A DNA stretch of 64,000 nucleotides, from NCBI RefSeq assembly GCF_006345805.1, contig NC_043018.1, positions 28,954,001 through 29,018,000 on the forward strand. The letters run 5' to 3'. A program made the position numbers and the translations under genes. This document shows positions 39,841 to 55,444 of this stretch, in pieces; within the stretch, counting starts at the first letter, position 1; each line of letters starts with the position of its first letter. The notes below the pieces were generated by a model. It was not told the origin of the DNA. It made no database searches and saw only the letters and a program-made list of their open reading frames with translations. The stretch comes from Octopus sinensis. Lineage: Eukaryota.

Positions 39841-40178
39841 GATGTGTGTATGTATGTATGTATATATATATATATACATATATATATATTATTAATATTT
39901 GAGGGAAAAGACCCAAAAAACTTACAAGGAAAAAAATTCAAGTTAGAAGTACTAAATCAAATTTCACACAATATAATATATATACAAAAAATTTGAAAAA
40001 ACCCCCACCTTTTTTCAATTCAAAATGAATAATTGAATTACACCATCCAGAAAATTACATATAATAGAAATGTTAACATTAAAATAATAATAAAAAAACA
40101 ATAAAATATCAAAGATTAATGAATTGCCAAAACAATAATAGCAATAACTTATATAAAATGTAAATGAATATATATATA

Positions 40179-40222
<44 letters not shown>

Positions 40223-40609
40223 TGTTCACACACACGTATTCAAAGAGCCCTCGCTCACATCGACGACACCAGCCCGTACAACACACTCAGAACTCATGCA
40301 CACGCAAACACATAGTCACACACATTCACCCGTACACACGCCCATCCACACACTCACGCACAACCAAATAGGTACACACAGGCACAGTACCACCCACGCG
40401 CGCACACATCACTTTGCTTCTCGATCCTTCGTTCATTTACAGTTAAATCCTACTACTGCTACAAACCTGTTAGATTCCTTCTCTCACACACATCACCCAC
40501 ACAAACACAAACACACATATACTACCATCCCACGCAGCACTCACTAATATACAAACACGCTACTATGTATGCACTTAAAATAATGTATATACATATATAT
40601 GTTTCTTTA

Positions 40610-40945
40610 TTACCCACAAGGGGCTAAACATAGAGGGAACAAACAAGGACAGATAAGCGAATTATGCCAATTAAATCGACCCCAGTGCGTAACTGGTAGT
40701 TAATATATCGACCCCGAAAGGATGAAAGGCAAAGTCGACCTCGGCGGAATTTGAACTCAGAACGTAGCAGCAAACGATATATCTACTTCTTTACCACCCA
40801 CAAGGAGTTAAATACAGAGGGGACAAACAAGGACAGATAAGCGAATTATGTCGATTATATCGACCCCAGTGCGTAACTGGTACTTAATATATCGAACCCG
40901 AAACGATGAAAGGCATTTCGCCCGGTGTGCTAACGGTTCTGCCAG
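40610..40945 (-). mobile_element. SINE family A, two tandem partial copies
   Basis: Blocks of the family A 3' half repeated at 40610-40790 and 40795-40945. Confidence 0.8.
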
Positions 40946-42811
40946 CAAACTATTTAAATTCGTTTAAGGATAGAATTAAGATGCTCATCACAAGCTTGAG
41001 CAAGTTTTTCTGGTCACTTAAGAATAAAAACGCCAGCTATAATATAGAATGGGAAAATGATTAGCACAGCTGTACATTATGTAACAAGAGAAAACAATGT
41101 AACTTGTGCATAGAGGAAATTTATCTTATTTTTGTATCATCAAAGGACCACTTACTTAACAGTAGACTAGAACAGACATTGAGATGTCCGCACCTGCATC
41201 GGAAAACATTTAAATACTTCCATGCTGGTTTTGGATAGGATAGCATCCGTTAAACTAAGGAAGGTACCTGAATTTAAGGGGTAAATTTCGGGACAATATC
41301 TGGTTTAACCTCAATGGTTTGTTTATAGCGTTCGAATGTTTGCGCTGAACAAGTGAACAGTGTGCCAAACGCCAGACATCGAAATGATTGGAAGAGCAAC
41401 TTGAAATGAAATATTTTGCTCAAGAACACAACGCCCAACCCGGTCCGGAAATCGAAGACACGATTTTGTGATCATGAGTAAAATAGCTGCAACACCTTTG
41501 ATCATTTATTTATTTATTTATACGTAAACACATGCACGCCCCCCCCCACACACATATACATGAATGCATGTGAACATGTAGTGTATATACGTGTACTTGT
41601 GTTCCATGCGTATGTGTATTTCTGCTTATAGCAGTGCTTATGAAATCACGCTTAACCTCAAAGTGCCGCGAGTAATTTCATTTTTGCGAATCCATTTCCA
41701 TTTAGGTAAATAACATCGACTTATTTTATTTTATTTTATTTCTACAGTTAGAAATAAACCAAGAAGCAATACATCGAAATATCTTCTCATAAACGTCTCC
41801 TAGGTATTTACCATTCTCTCTTTACGTGGGAATAATTTTTAAAACACATAAGAGAAATATTCCCCTTGGCTGAATGCAAATAAGAAATGTCAATAGGCAT
41901 TCACTTTCGCTATCACACACACAGGCACACAGACGCACACACATACAGAGAGAAAGGGGGAAGAGTGTGAGAGAGAGAAAGTGGGAGAGAAAGTTTTAGA
42001 GAGAAGGAGAGTGAATATGCTATGCAGCATCCTTTTCAAAGTTCTGAGAGGATCAGCCAAAACGACAATGGTCTATGTTACCTATACAAAGGAAATCCTT
42101 GCATATTTTCAGATGAAAACATCAAAGAATTTTCCGCCCGAAAATACTGAACATAATTCCTATTATAAGCGAATTTCTATTGTAATCTCTTGAAAACTCC
42201 GAGAATGGCACAGAACCGACGAGGCGTAAAGTGAATGAGAGTTTGGTTAGGAATCAATGTTATGAACCAAACCAATAAAATCCATAAACGATAGACTTTT
42301 TATCGATATTCGTAGAACCAAAAGTCGAAACGAAATAAAATAAAATTATAAAGGAGCGAAAGAGAAAAACAATGAAATCACATTCCGAACAACGGAGAAA
42401 TGGTTAGTAACTGAGCCGCCATCAAAATGCAGGAACACACATTGTAATTATTTCTGTTGTGAAAGAATAAACAACCCTGATAAAACAGAGCGCAATATAC
42501 GTAATATGGACTGAATAGATTTTAGATCGGCACCGAAATAGTCTAGATTTGATATTGACCAATTTAGAAGAATATAGGAATTCGGATTACTTTTTCCGGC
42601 ATTTGCAGGCTTCAGTGATTTTGTTATATTCTTTCCTATGAAACCTGAAATTCAACGGTATATAGCTTCAAGTTTACAATTACAAAACTAACATTCACCT
42701 TCGGTGGATAACGGCAAATATAAAATTAACCAATAAAAACGTTTTTATCTATTCAGCCGAAGCACAAAAGCCCACCATTTATGAAATACACACACACACA
42801 CAGTCACAAAC

Positions 42812-42845
<34 letters not shown>

Positions 42846-43439
42846 TCGCACTGACATACTATATATAAATATATATATATGCGTATATATAAGTATATCT
42901 ATGTTTGCTTTTATATATGTTCTATGTAGATATGTGCATATACACACATACATTTTATGTATACACACACACAGATATATATATATATATAATATATATC
43001 TTTATCCATATAGCCATAAATTTTCTTCTCCCACTATTTCCGACACGATGGTGGGAGTAAAGTCCTCAGGCACCTCTTTAACTGGGTTCTATCGGAAGCA
43101 ACAAATATTAGTTTTCCTGGCAAAATTCTCAAGCGTGACCAAACTGAGATTATGAATATTTTCCAACCATCTCGCACTTGGTCTACCTCCACATCTTCTA
43201 ACTTATCGCTTTGGTTTGAAGAATTTGTCTTTCCATTCTTTCCTGCGACAATCTAATGAGAGGATCGTCGCACTCGAGCTGTTACCTTTCAATGAAGAGA
43301 AATAGGGGAGCATTGTGAAGAGATAACCTGATCTCTAAGCTACGCATCCCGTTGAACAACGTTGCTCCAGAGATCCTTCAGAGAAATTCTATTTCTTCCT
43401 TCAGTATCTATGCATACAAATACACACACACACACACAC

Positions 43440-43489
<50 letters not shown>

Positions 43490-43785
43490 AGGGGGTGATG
43501 AAAAGTTCCTAGCTTTGGGTAAAAGAAATTACAGGTGAATCAGTTAATTATGATTTTATTTAACAAAGGAGACGAAGATTTGAAATCCGAAAGGGGGCAA
43601 CACTGTATAGATATGGTGATTTTTATACCTTTTTACCATAAGAACAAAATTTTCTCCCCTGGTATCTGCAGTGAATTTGCCTTTTAGCAGTGGAAAAATG
43701 CCATAAACATGTTTTAACTGACTTAAATAAAGGTTGCTTATACCCAAACACTGTTTGGCGCTCGCTGATATTATGGCAATATAAT

Positions 43786-43832
<47 letters not shown>

Positions 43833-44385
43833 GTACAAAATGGGACAAGAATGCAAAACATCCGGACAGTTAGGTGTTACAAAAATGGGACAACAAAACA
43901 TCCAGATAGACGATACAAAGAATATAAGGACGGGTCATTCGAAGTTTTCTTTCCTCAGTCGATACCAGGTTATCTTCGCAATTTCGGCTAATTATACTCG
44001 AGATTGCTCCTATCAGGCCAGCCCCAAAGAAAAATCTAAGCTAAGAGCATTAGATTCCTTGGAAGAAAGCAGCGAATGTACACAAAAACAAGGACGCAAA
44101 AAAACGGACAATGTTACACAAATACAATAAAAACAATAACAGGATATATATATATATATATATACAGATACACATACACAAACACAGACACTGTATGCTC
44201 GAAATGAGGAGTAGATAGACTGCTGACAACTGATGAAAGGTTTTTTCTTTGTGTTTACTTGTTTTGTGTTCTATTTCTTCATGTTGTCTACGCATTTCAC
44301 TTGTTTTCCCCCCGTTTGTTTAGGTATTTCATGGTATTTGCACCGTTGGTGACGTCCTGTACCCAAATATACATGTATATGTATG

Positions 44386-44430
<45 letters not shown>

Positions 44431-44489
44431 GTGTGTATGTGTTAGTGTATATATATATGTATATATATACATATATATATATATTATTA

Positions 44490-44522
44490 ATTATTAATTA
44501 TTATTATTATTATTATTTATTC

Positions 44523-44587
<65 letters not shown>

Positions 44588-44702
44588 GAGTGAGAGAGCA
44601 GTTCATGCCATCAAAGTGACACTGGGGTAAAATATACGAAGCCCAATATACCCATCATGACTACCCGTCTGATAAGGGTACACCAGGCATATGCATCACA
44701 AC

Positions 44703-44762
<60 letters not shown>

Positions 44763-44790
44763 CATCATCATTATTATTATTATTATTATG
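44490..44790. repeat. (ATT)n tracts flanking a ~120-bp unique insert
   Basis: Direct reading. Confidence 0.9.
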
Positions 44791-45623
44791 ATATACACGT
44801 ACACGCACATGCATACATATATGAAAGAGTATAATCATGACTGCACGCTTCATATTAACTCTCAATGTCAAGACCTTCACTTCAAGGTTATCATTTCTCA
44901 GCTCGACTGAAAGAATTTCAATCAAACACCGTGAAATTATCATACGAGACCTCTTGGCCCACGAGATACAGGCATTCAAAGTGAGGTAAATCTGATCTTT
45001 GTCAGCGGATATGCTTCAATCGATTGGAAATATCTCTCGTATACTTCATCCTGTACGATACCGCTTTACGGATTTACTATTATAACAATCGATAGAGGAT
45101 TATAAAGGTTGTTTTCTTCAGTTTCTGAAAATTGCTTTTCACTTTCGTTTACATGTAATTATTCAAAATATTTTAGGCTGAATCGAAACTAAACATGGAA
45201 TAGAAACTTATCAAAATTGATCACGTTAATACTTTCAAATGTTACACTTTGTATCTATCCGATTGTCGGTTTACTGTTATACATTGATGCGTTCTATAAA
45301 GCGGCATAAAACACAAACAACATCATCATCAAGAAGAAAAACCAAAATTGAAAACAAAAGATATGTAAATAATATAAAGCTATAAAACCAGTTGCAGTTG
45401 AAATGTCGTTCACCATGCAACAGGCAATTTAAATAGAGTCAGATGATAAACGAAATCTGAATATTTTTCAATATTGCGTTCAATATATGGATTCTCATAT
45501 CAGTAGAGATATAAGGAGAAATATCTTTAATAAAATACATGTGCTATCTGGCCTTTTTACTATTATATCTGAAATGCATAGATCTATGCATAAATATATT
45601 TTGAAGACACACACACACACACG

Positions 45624-45695
<72 letters not shown>

Positions 45696-46002
45696 CACAT
45701 ATATATATACATATATGCATACGCATACGTACACATATATTCTTTTTATTCTCTTGTTCTTTTACATGTTTCAGCCCTAAGGTTGTGGTCATGCTGGAGC
45801 ACCGGCAGTGGTAGAACTGTCACATATATATATGGATGTGTGGTAAGAGTTTTGCCTCCTAACAACATGGTTCCAGGTTCAGTCCCACTGTGTGGCACTA
45901 TGGACATATGTCTTCTAATATAGCCTCGAGCCGACCAAAGGTTTCTGAGTGGATTTGGAAGATGGAATCTGAAAGAAGCCTACATACATCTTAAAGGTGC
46001 AT

Positions 46003-46040
<38 letters not shown>

Positions 46041-46569
46041 TTAATCATCGTTATATTTTTATCTTTTATTTAATCTTTCTATTATAAGTAATTTTCTAGA
46101 TGGTGTAATTTAATTTTTCATTTTGAAATGATGAAAGGTGTTTTTTTTCTAATTTATATATATATATATATCTATGCGTATTTATATTTTTATTTAATCG
46201 GCAGAAATTACTAGCTCACTAATGTGCCGCAAGTTTAATCTAGTGCCATTTTGCGAATACATACGTGTCACATTATATGTACACATATATATTCATACAC
46301 TCATATTTATGTACACGTATATACGTATATACATAGACACCGTAAATGCAAACGTATTAATTCAATTAAAGGTGATATTGTACAAAATTTCCTTTGTAGT
46401 AGATAGAAAAACGTGACTATCAATTTACACCATTAGCTTTTATAGAGTTTTATCCTTTGATCATTGTCTCACTTGTAATGGAAACTTTACAATTTGGCTG
46501 CAGATATGCTAATATCACAGATCTAAACGTAGATGATATATATGCCAAGATATCCCTTATATATATTTC

Positions 46570-46790
46570 TTTATTGCCCACAAGGGGCTAAACATAGACG
46601 GGACAAACAAGGACAGTCAAAGGGATTAAGTCGATTACATCGACCCCAGTGCGTAACTGGTACTTTATTTATCGACGCCGAGAGGATGAAAGGTAAAGTA
46701 AACCTCGGCGGAATTTGAACTCAGAACGCAACGACAGACGAAATACCGCTAAGTATTTCGCCCGGCGTGCTAACGTTTCTGCCAGCTCGG
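46570..46790 (-). mobile_element. SINE family A
   Basis: Reverse complement of 3492-3716. Confidence 0.88.
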
Positions 46791-47350
46791 ACGTTTCTGA
46801 CGTTCGTCTGCGCTGTAACGATGAAGCTGTAATCAGTATTTTTATAACATCATATATATTTGGAAACCCGTCATCTAAATTTCATTTTATGTAATTATGA
46901 ATACACAAGGCTGACGATCTAACACTCTCTTGCAATAAAATATAAGAGCAACTTAAAAGTTTTGATTAAACAATGGATCTTTTCGGTTTGAACGGCAGTT
47001 TTTAACATAATTTCTAGGTAACTAAAAGATTTTAAACCTCGTATACTGGTAGAATCTGTTTATAAAACATCCTTTTCTCTTGGCTTTATTGAGAAAATTC
47101 TATAGTTTCTAGTATATTTGTTGTTTTTTTCTTCAATTTCTGCAATTTCAACCAATCACTGACGTCTATTGAGGTAAAAAAACATTCTGTGCCGTATGAA
47201 TATCTCCCTCGTTTAAGAAACAGATTGGGTTTATTTACATTTGTGAAGAAAAGAAGATACCCTTCCACCCACCTCTAACCCTAACCTAAAAAATTACTAT
47301 AACATTGATCGTAGCGCAGTCAATTTTTTAGAGGTTATTACGAATTAAAT

Positions 47351-47830
47351 TTGACTCGCAGACCTTATGAAAAATCAAATGAAATTCTACATCACCTTCA
47401 CATTGTCTTTAAACACTCAGGAAATATTGTGAAATACTTTCCCAGAAACATTGGTAAAAGGATATCCAAAATATCCTCCAATAAACAGTCTTCTAACCGT
47501 GTTGTTGCCTATTATAATGTGACTCTGAACAGAAGCAGCTTAAACGACAAGATCCAGGATATCCTCCGACATAGATTGTCTAATTCTAGAAATACCAGAA
47601 AAAGGAAATTTATATATTATAGAGCTGCTTTAAGTTTGAATGTCCTTGCCAAGAACCACTTCCCTAATGGTCATAAGTGCCACAAATTTTTTAACAGATG
47701 CAACCTGAAGGAAGTTAGACTTGCATGGATAATTCTGCCGATTTTTTTAAAATCTAGAATTGATAGAAAGAAATTAGCTACTTCTCACAAACATAATTAC
47801 TCCCCTAACTGCAAATTTCTTAATATGTAT
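47351..47830 (+). pseudogene. Penelope-like element remnant (RT thumb/linker), partly duplicated at ~48050-48200
   Basis: RRPYEKSNEIL...KYFPRNIGKRISKISSN...YNVTLNRS...RKRKFIYY...KNHFPNGHKCHKFFNRCNLK matches PLE YRPYRKPN...KRLSxISS...RKRKIIWF...KHFPxxHxLHKIFNRN. Confidence 0.8.
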
Positions 47831-48658
47831 ACATACCATCTATATGTTAAATGTCTTTGGAAAAATTTCGGTTACTGTAAGAAGGTCTCCACCAATTATA
47901 ATAACAACAATGACGTAAATTACTATCCAGGATTAAATTGAGAACTCAAACAACTGCAGTTGCATTCAGTATACGCATGCGCTTAGACACGAAGAAGAAG
48001 GATCAGCAACAACAGTTTTGAAATACATCAGTTTGAATGTTAGATCTAATGTCAGTCTCTTTCTAAATCTTGCCAAGAGCCACTTCCCTAATGGTCACAA
48101 GTGCAACAAAGATGTAACCTGAAGGAAGTTAAAACTACATGGATAAGTCTGCCGTTTCCAGTAACAGCAGTTTTGAAAGGCATTTCCAACAACAAAATTC
48201 AATCATCAAATTTCCTCCTGCTACATCAATCCAAGTGCTGTTCCTGCTTGTCTGTAAAATTCAAAATCCTTACACAACCTCTTAATTCACTAAGTACTAA
48301 ATCAGAGTTGATTTCTTTACGTTCGAACCCTAGAAAATTTATCTTACAAAACTTAAAACTACCAACTTCTTGATGTTGTACAGCGTTATTTTATCCTTCT
48401 CTCATATACAATTACGTATCTTTGATTATAATTATCTAATCTAACGCTAGCCTCTGTAATGTACAAATGTCCCTCATAACTTCATTCTTAGATACACAGT
48501 AAATACACCCCATGCAATTCGCATATATATATTATATATATATATATATATATACATTTGCCGTTTCTTAAGAAAATGGTATATAAAATGGTATATGTAT
48601 CCTCAATGTACTTTTATATACATACATAGATACATACATGCATACATACATATATATC

Positions 48659-48709
<51 letters not shown>

Positions 48710-49687
48710 ATGCAGTTATGTATGTATATGTATATATATATATATATATAAATATATATATATATGTGTGTGTATATTTATACACACACACACGCATATA
48801 TATATATATACATATATATATAGAATTCCTTTTTGCACAAGTCCCAATTTATCTAACTACTTCGTAATCGCGTACACACACAGAAACACACACACATACG
48901 CACACGCACGCACACACACACACATATAGATATGTATACAAATATACAGGCATATACACCTAACACTCATTACTTTCTGACATGACAAATTGCGTTTATC
49001 AATTTTAACTTTCATGTTTCCTGGGCAGATACGCTAAATGATTAACAGCTCCATCATCTTACTCTCCTTATTACACAACATCACACCTCCTGCACAAAAT
49101 ACATTACTACCATTATTATCGGAAACACTAGGCATGACAGATTCATGATCAACGTCTTTGACTTACAAAAGTCGTTTTATTTTTTTTTTACCGCATCCAT
49201 CACGATTTGTGGCTTATCAATAATGTAGAAGTGAATTTTAAAATTGTGGACTTGTCAAGACATCAGGGTGCCAGCGTGTATTAGGAATTATCTCTGAGAA
49301 TATTTAGTTCAATAGAATCTAGACTATGCGCACACGCATGCGTGAAAAACAGTCCCCAAACACATGTGCTCTCTCTTTATACACACACATGCGCACACAC
49401 GCACACACATTTACGCACACATGCACATACACATACACACCCGCACACACCCGCAGTTACATATACGTATACATATACATATGTAATATATATCTATCGG
49501 TACGTACACATATATTAATGCATGTTTACATACATAAATACACACACAAATGTATGATACCTATACTATTTACATGCATATATTTACGTATATATATATG
49601 CACACACAGATATACATACACACAGACAGGCACACACACATACACACACACATATATATACACATATATACATATATATGTATATAG

Positions 49688-49850
49688 CCGAAGGAGTGGC
49701 TGCATGTTAAGTAGCTTGCTTACCAACCACATGGTTCTGGGTTCAGGACCACTGCGTGGTACCTTGGGCAAGTGTCTTCTACTATAGCCTCGGGCCGACT
49801 AAAGCCTTGTGAGTGTATTTGGTAGACGAAAACTGAAAGAAGCCCGTGGT
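49688..49850 (+). mobile_element. SINE family B, 5' part
   Basis: tRNA-like head through gaaagaagcccg. Confidence 0.8.
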
Positions 49851-50505
49851 ATATATATATACGTGTGTGTGTATGTATGTATGTATGGATGGTTGTATGG
49901 ATGGATGGATGGATGGATGGATGCATGGATGGATGCATGCATGGATGCATGCACGTACGTATGTCAAGCCACTGGTAACATGTAACCCAGTATAACAGGT
50001 TGCATTATTGGAGCGTCGTTGGCAAAAAAACCCAGACAACCCTTATCTAGTATATTTGGTAAGCGGGGCAGTTTTCGTTGGACAAACTCCAGGATCAAAA
50101 ACAAGACATGTCAAAGGACGAATGAGTTCCGTAGAATCAATGACCACCCAAAAGCTGGGGTGAGAAATCCATTAGATTTTGTTTAGACATCTCTGTGGGA
50201 GATTCTGAAATTCTGAAACAACACCCGCCTCGTTCTGAATCTAAAGATTCTGGTTTTGCTCCTTCCTGGCTACGTGGCTTCGTAGGTATTGTCTAAGGTG
50301 TTATTGCTTTTAAATTTTGGCACTGGCATTGCTGACAGCAATTGTATTAAAAGCTAGGTTAAGGTAATTTGTCAAGGATGTTCATATATCTGTGTATGTG
50401 TATAATTTGTATGTATGCACACAAACATATACACAACACAGACACACACAGACACACATACAGAGATACACACACATGTATCTCTTTCTCCGCTCTCTCT
50501 CTCTT

Positions 50506-50553
<48 letters not shown>

Positions 50554-50628
50554 ATATATTATATATATATATACATACATAAAAGCAATCATATATACAT
50601 ACATACATACATGCATACATATATATCT

Positions 50629-50659
<31 letters not shown>

Positions 50660-51058
50660 CTAGCAGTATCGCCCGGCGTTGCTCGGGTTTGTAAGGGAAA
50701 TAACTATATAAGCACTTTTAAAGATGTAAAGTATAATAGCCATCTCCATATGGCTAACCACAAAGGGGTGGTGGTGTTACTGTAGCTTTTTACGTTCTGA
50801 GATTTAATAATAAATTTTTAGAGAGTTATTTCCCTTATATATGCCAAATATGCATTAAAAATGGGAAAAATTGATGGTAAATTTTTTTTTAAATCGTAGA
50901 CTCATCGTAGACGCGCGCTAATACCCAGAAGAGCTCGATATGAATCACGACTATAAGATACCCGGTTTTGGTTAAACTGCACCGCAAAATGTGGGAGTAG
51001 TTAGGAACCTAAATCGTAGGAGACAGATAGCACACAACCTCACTTTTAAATATAAAGA
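50660..51058 (-). mobile_element. Non-autonomous Helitron
   Basis: Same termini and body as 2933-3327. Confidence 0.85.
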
Positions 51059-52231
51059 TGTATGCATGTATCAAATGCATGTTTGTATGTATGCGTGCAC
51101 ATATGTATACGTATATTTTTATATTTTTATATTTTATACAAATTACTTGAGGTTCTAAATGTTCTCTATTCAATTTGCATATATCTAAAACCCATGGTTA
51201 ATGGATTCAAATATAGGAAGACTCATACATTGATGGCACCTATTGAAACGGGAACGCGTGTCCACATTGTCCTTTTTGTTACTGAATTAAAAATAAAATC
51301 AGACCGCCTTTTTGTCTTGATATCATGCCATTTCTAAGAAGCTTTAGTCTTGTGATTATCATACTATCTCAGTTGTAATCGTTGGCAGCAGGCCTTTGTT
51401 TAATTTCTCTCAAAGCGTAGAATTTTTCAATAAATCAAGAATTTATGTTGTATTTTATATATCTTTATTCATCTTTGTAGTTTTGCATTGTCGTATTTGG
51501 AACATGGTACGGCAAGTAACAATGGCAGTAAAAACGGTAATGGTGGCATCGCTGGTGCTTTTGGTAACAGTTGCAGCGGTATTAGTGATATTGTTAACTG
51601 TTGGTGTTTCTTGTGATAGTGATGTTTGGTCTTAGTCTCATAAGTGTTTCAACTTCTCCACTGATCGATACACACACTTAAACACAAGGAAAATGGTCTT
51701 TACTGATAACTGCCAAACCATTAGCAATTACAAAAGAGAATATTCTAAGTTGTATCTCACAGCTTTATTGATCTTTGGTGACTGTCGCTGTGGTGATTGA
51801 AACGATGTGTGTGGTGTGTGGTAGCAGTGATCAACCGTGCTTAAAACTTGAACATTCACTGATATTCCCAGAAGTATAAGTTTGTGCGAAAGACCAATAT
51901 ACTTCGTCTTTCTCGTTCAATTTCATCAAAGCAAGTTGTTTAAAATAAAGATCATTAAACTATTTAGCTGCGCGTTTCAATCGTTCTTTATGTTTCGGAA
52001 TTATTCTGACAATTGTTCTGTTGCAATATTCATGTAGCTGATAGTACGTCCACAGTCGCCTGCCAGGCTTTCGCTTACACCCTCACTTCCACCCACACAT
52101 CAAACCAAGACTAACAATGGCTATGAAGATCTTAATTTGCAGGAATGAAAGAAACTAAGAAGATGATATTATATTGAATTTTATTGTTGTAAAGGAGAAA
52201 CTTCAAAGATTAATAAACTTTTGTGTAAATA

Positions 52232-52396
52232 GGTGCAGGAGTGGCTGCATGTTAAGTAGCTTGTTTACCAACCACATGGTTCCGGGTTCAGTCCCACTGC
52301 GTGGCACCTTGGGCAAGTGTCTTCTACTATAGCCTCGGGCCGACCAAAGCCTTGTGAGTGGATTTGGTAGACGGAAACTGAAAGAAGCCCGTCGTA

Positions 52397-52433
<37 letters not shown>

Positions 52434-52660
52434 GTGTGTGTGTGTGTGCGTGTGTGTTTGTGTGTCTGTGTTTGTCCCCCTAGTATTGCTTGACAACCGA
52501 TGCTGGTGTGTTTATGTCCCCGTAACTTAGCAGTTCGGCAAAAGAGACCGATAAAATTAGTACTGGGCTTACATAGAATAAGTCCCGGGGTCGTGTTGCT
52601 CGACTAAATGCGGTGCTCCAGCATGGCCGCAGTCAACTGACTGAAACATGTAAGAGTAAA
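52232..52660 (+). mobile_element. SINE family B, full length
   Basis: Colinear with the other family B copies. Confidence 0.88.
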
Positions 52661-53357
52661 AGAGAATATCCCTGTATGTTGGGGTACATTGTTTCGCAAC
52701 TGTGAGGTTGTTTGTTCGATCACAATGTGCATCCTCTCGGGAAAGGACTTGCCGACAAAATATTCTGTCCGCCCAAGAACTTGTGAGTGAATTCGGGAGA
52801 CAGTAAAAGTATGGAAACTCACCCAAGGAGAGTTCGTTTCTTTGGATATCTAACTTAATTCCTCACCTATGTAAACATCATCGGGTAGCCATGGGTACCT
52901 TTAGTGGAATCCCATCTATTGCAAATACTGGGACATTATTCCTCCATTTGGTTTTGGAGGAATGCAGAAAGGTCATGAATTCTTTCTATTCTCTTCGGCC
53001 ATTTAAATGGAATCGTTAATATTCTTGTTCTGAAAATCTCAGTCTTAACCGACTTTTAAGTCTGGTCGAAGCAAATTACTTATTGATTTTAATTATATCA
53101 CAATTGATACATGAGTGCATTGTTACATACAATTTTCTACCGAATCACATGCTCAGATGCTGATTTACCACATTTCTGACAGTAAGAGTTGTCAAGAGAG
53201 TCTATATAAATAAGCAGTGAACAATTATAACAAGGAATTTATTCACAAAACAGAAGTTGTTACGTTTTCTCGTTGATGTGTACACCCTTCATGCATAAAA
53301 TACACAGAAATACACTCGCGTAAACACACACACACTCATATATATTATATATATATA

Positions 53358-53465
<108 letters not shown>

Positions 53466-53539
53466 GTGTGTATATTTATGTGTGGGTTTCTATCTACATA
53501 CCTCTTACCGATCTTATACATACCTCTCTATCTATTTCG

Positions 53540-53712
53540 TTACTGCCCACAAGGGGCTAAACACAGAGAGGACAAACACGGACAGACAAAGGGGTTAATT
53601 CGATTATGTGCGTTACTGGTCCTTAATTTATCGACCCCGAAAGGATGAAAGGCAAAGTCGACCTCGGTGGAATTTGAACTCAGAATGCAACGGCAGACCA
53701 AATACGGCTACG
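53540..53712 (-). mobile_element. SINE family A, partial
   Basis: Matches the family A 3' half; its 5' side is cut by (TCTA)n. Confidence 0.78.
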
Positions 53713-53713
53713 C

Positions 53714-53821
<108 letters not shown>

Positions 53822-54432
53822 GTGCCTATGGCGAAAGAATGTATCTGGTGGACGCGCCTGAAAGGATTAGAAACAAACACTTTCCTCTCTGGTCAATCTC
53901 TCATCAACTTCTTCAAGTATCACTTGAAGAGGAAAGTGAGAGTAGAGAGGCAAGTTTTGTCTAGTGAATGTTTTAAAAAAAGATGGGTGAATGTTGCAAG
54001 GATGGCACGTATGAATGACGAAGCCAACTTGACTATGATTCTATGAACCGTAAAAATTAATACAGAGAGTTGCTTATTTGCAAAAAAAAAAAAAAGAATA
54101 TAACATGTGACTTCATTGACCGAGGTTACCGTAGTAATTTCCGTAGGCTTTTCTTTCCACAGGTAAACCTCACCTGTCCTCCCCTTTACACTTCATATTG
54201 ACATTTCTGTGATTACGATCCCTATTGATCAACTTTTTTTTCCTCTCTCCTTTTCTTTTTTTTTCCTCTCCCCCCCCCTTTTTTAAATCCTCCCCTTTTT
54301 TGTCCTCTTTCTTTCCTTTTACGATCCCTTTTGATCGAAAACCAACCCCCTTTTTTTTTACCCCCAAAAGAAAAGCTCTACCTTGTAATTTGTTCTGTCT
54401 GTGTGCAGCCCTGTGTGGCTAATAAAGAAACA

Positions 54433-54434
<2 letters not shown>
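53822..54434 (+). mobile_element. Likely 3' end of an L1/Tx1-like LINE (ORF2 C-terminus and 3' UTR) embedded in (TCTA)n
   Basis: MAKECIWWTRLKG...INFFKYHLKRKVRVER...FKKRW ends in a stop, followed by a UTR, AATAAA at 54421 and (TCTA)n; (TCTA)n also at 53714-53821. Confidence 0.6.
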
Positions 54435-54503
<69 letters not shown>

Positions 54504-54504
54504 A

Positions 54505-55444
54505 GAAGCTGGCAACTTTGAGGGGCATCCCGCGAAAACTGGGATGCGGGACGAGCGTGTCTGCATACGCGGACGACGTCACCGTCATAGTGTCTAGCCA
54601 CGAGCACATCGAGCAGGTCGGCGAGACACTGAAAAACTACGAAGCGGTGACAGGAGCGAAAATCAACCGGGAAAAGTCAGTGGGCTTGCGACTAGGCACC
54701 TGGAGAAGCAAGCCCATTCCGTTCACCAGCGCCTCCGTCGTGGGACGCTGGACCGACGGCCCGGTTGAGTTGCTCGGGGTCTGGTTTGGTCCGGACCTCC
54801 AAGTGGAGAAGAACTGGAACGAGATAACGAGTAGGGTGGTCACTCTCGCCCGGCAATGGGCCGAGAGGAAACTGTCCCTAAAAAGTCGGGCGGAGGTGGC
54901 GAACACGTACATCGCGTCCGTCATCTACTACCGCCTGACCGTCGTACCTTGTCCCGACCCTACCATCACCAAACTAGAACGCATTCTCTTTCGCTTCTTG
55001 TGGAAAGAGTGCGTCCCGATGGTCAGGCGATCCATTTACTGTCAACACCCGTTAAAAGGAGGGCTGGGCATGTTGTGGTTGATGATGCGCAGACACGCGC
55101 TGAGACTGCGACATCTCTGGCTCTATGTAGACGACGGTGAACAGGTGTGGTCGCCGTTTGTGAGGCACGCTTTCCCGCAGCTCGTCTCCATGACCGAACT
55201 GCAGTCGTGGATCAAAAAGAGGCCGAGGAAGGGTGAATGGCACCGCGAGTGTCGCGTTGCTCTCAAACAACTCTGCCGTCCCGGGTCGACCTTGAGTGAC
55301 TTCAACACAACCAAAGCATTCTATAGGGAGTTAGTGGAGGGGAGGTACGACGACGATCTCAGGGCGAACCTGGACGTCGTCGAGGAATACGTGACCCGCC
55401 TGTTCAGGACGACTTTCGGGCCAGGGCCCATGGACAACTTCCAG
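54505..55444 (+). pseudogene. L1/Tx1-clade ORF2 fragment (RT motif C onwards), uninterrupted for ~310 codons
   Basis: VSAYADDVTV...YEAVTGAKINREKS...LLGVWFG...LSLKSRAEVANTYIAS...FLW...GGLG; GC-rich; starts right after (TCTA)n. Confidence 0.9.

Noticed and set aside
44837-44990. ATG-initiated 49-codon frame ending at a GT donor-like site (gag|gtaaat)
   Set aside because: No homology recognised and no supporting neighbouring exons; compatible with chance.
53100-53175. CQKCGK...H zinc-knuckle-like peptide on the minus strand (LINE ORF1?)
   Set aside because: Incomplete CCHC spacing with stops and no supporting downstream motifs.
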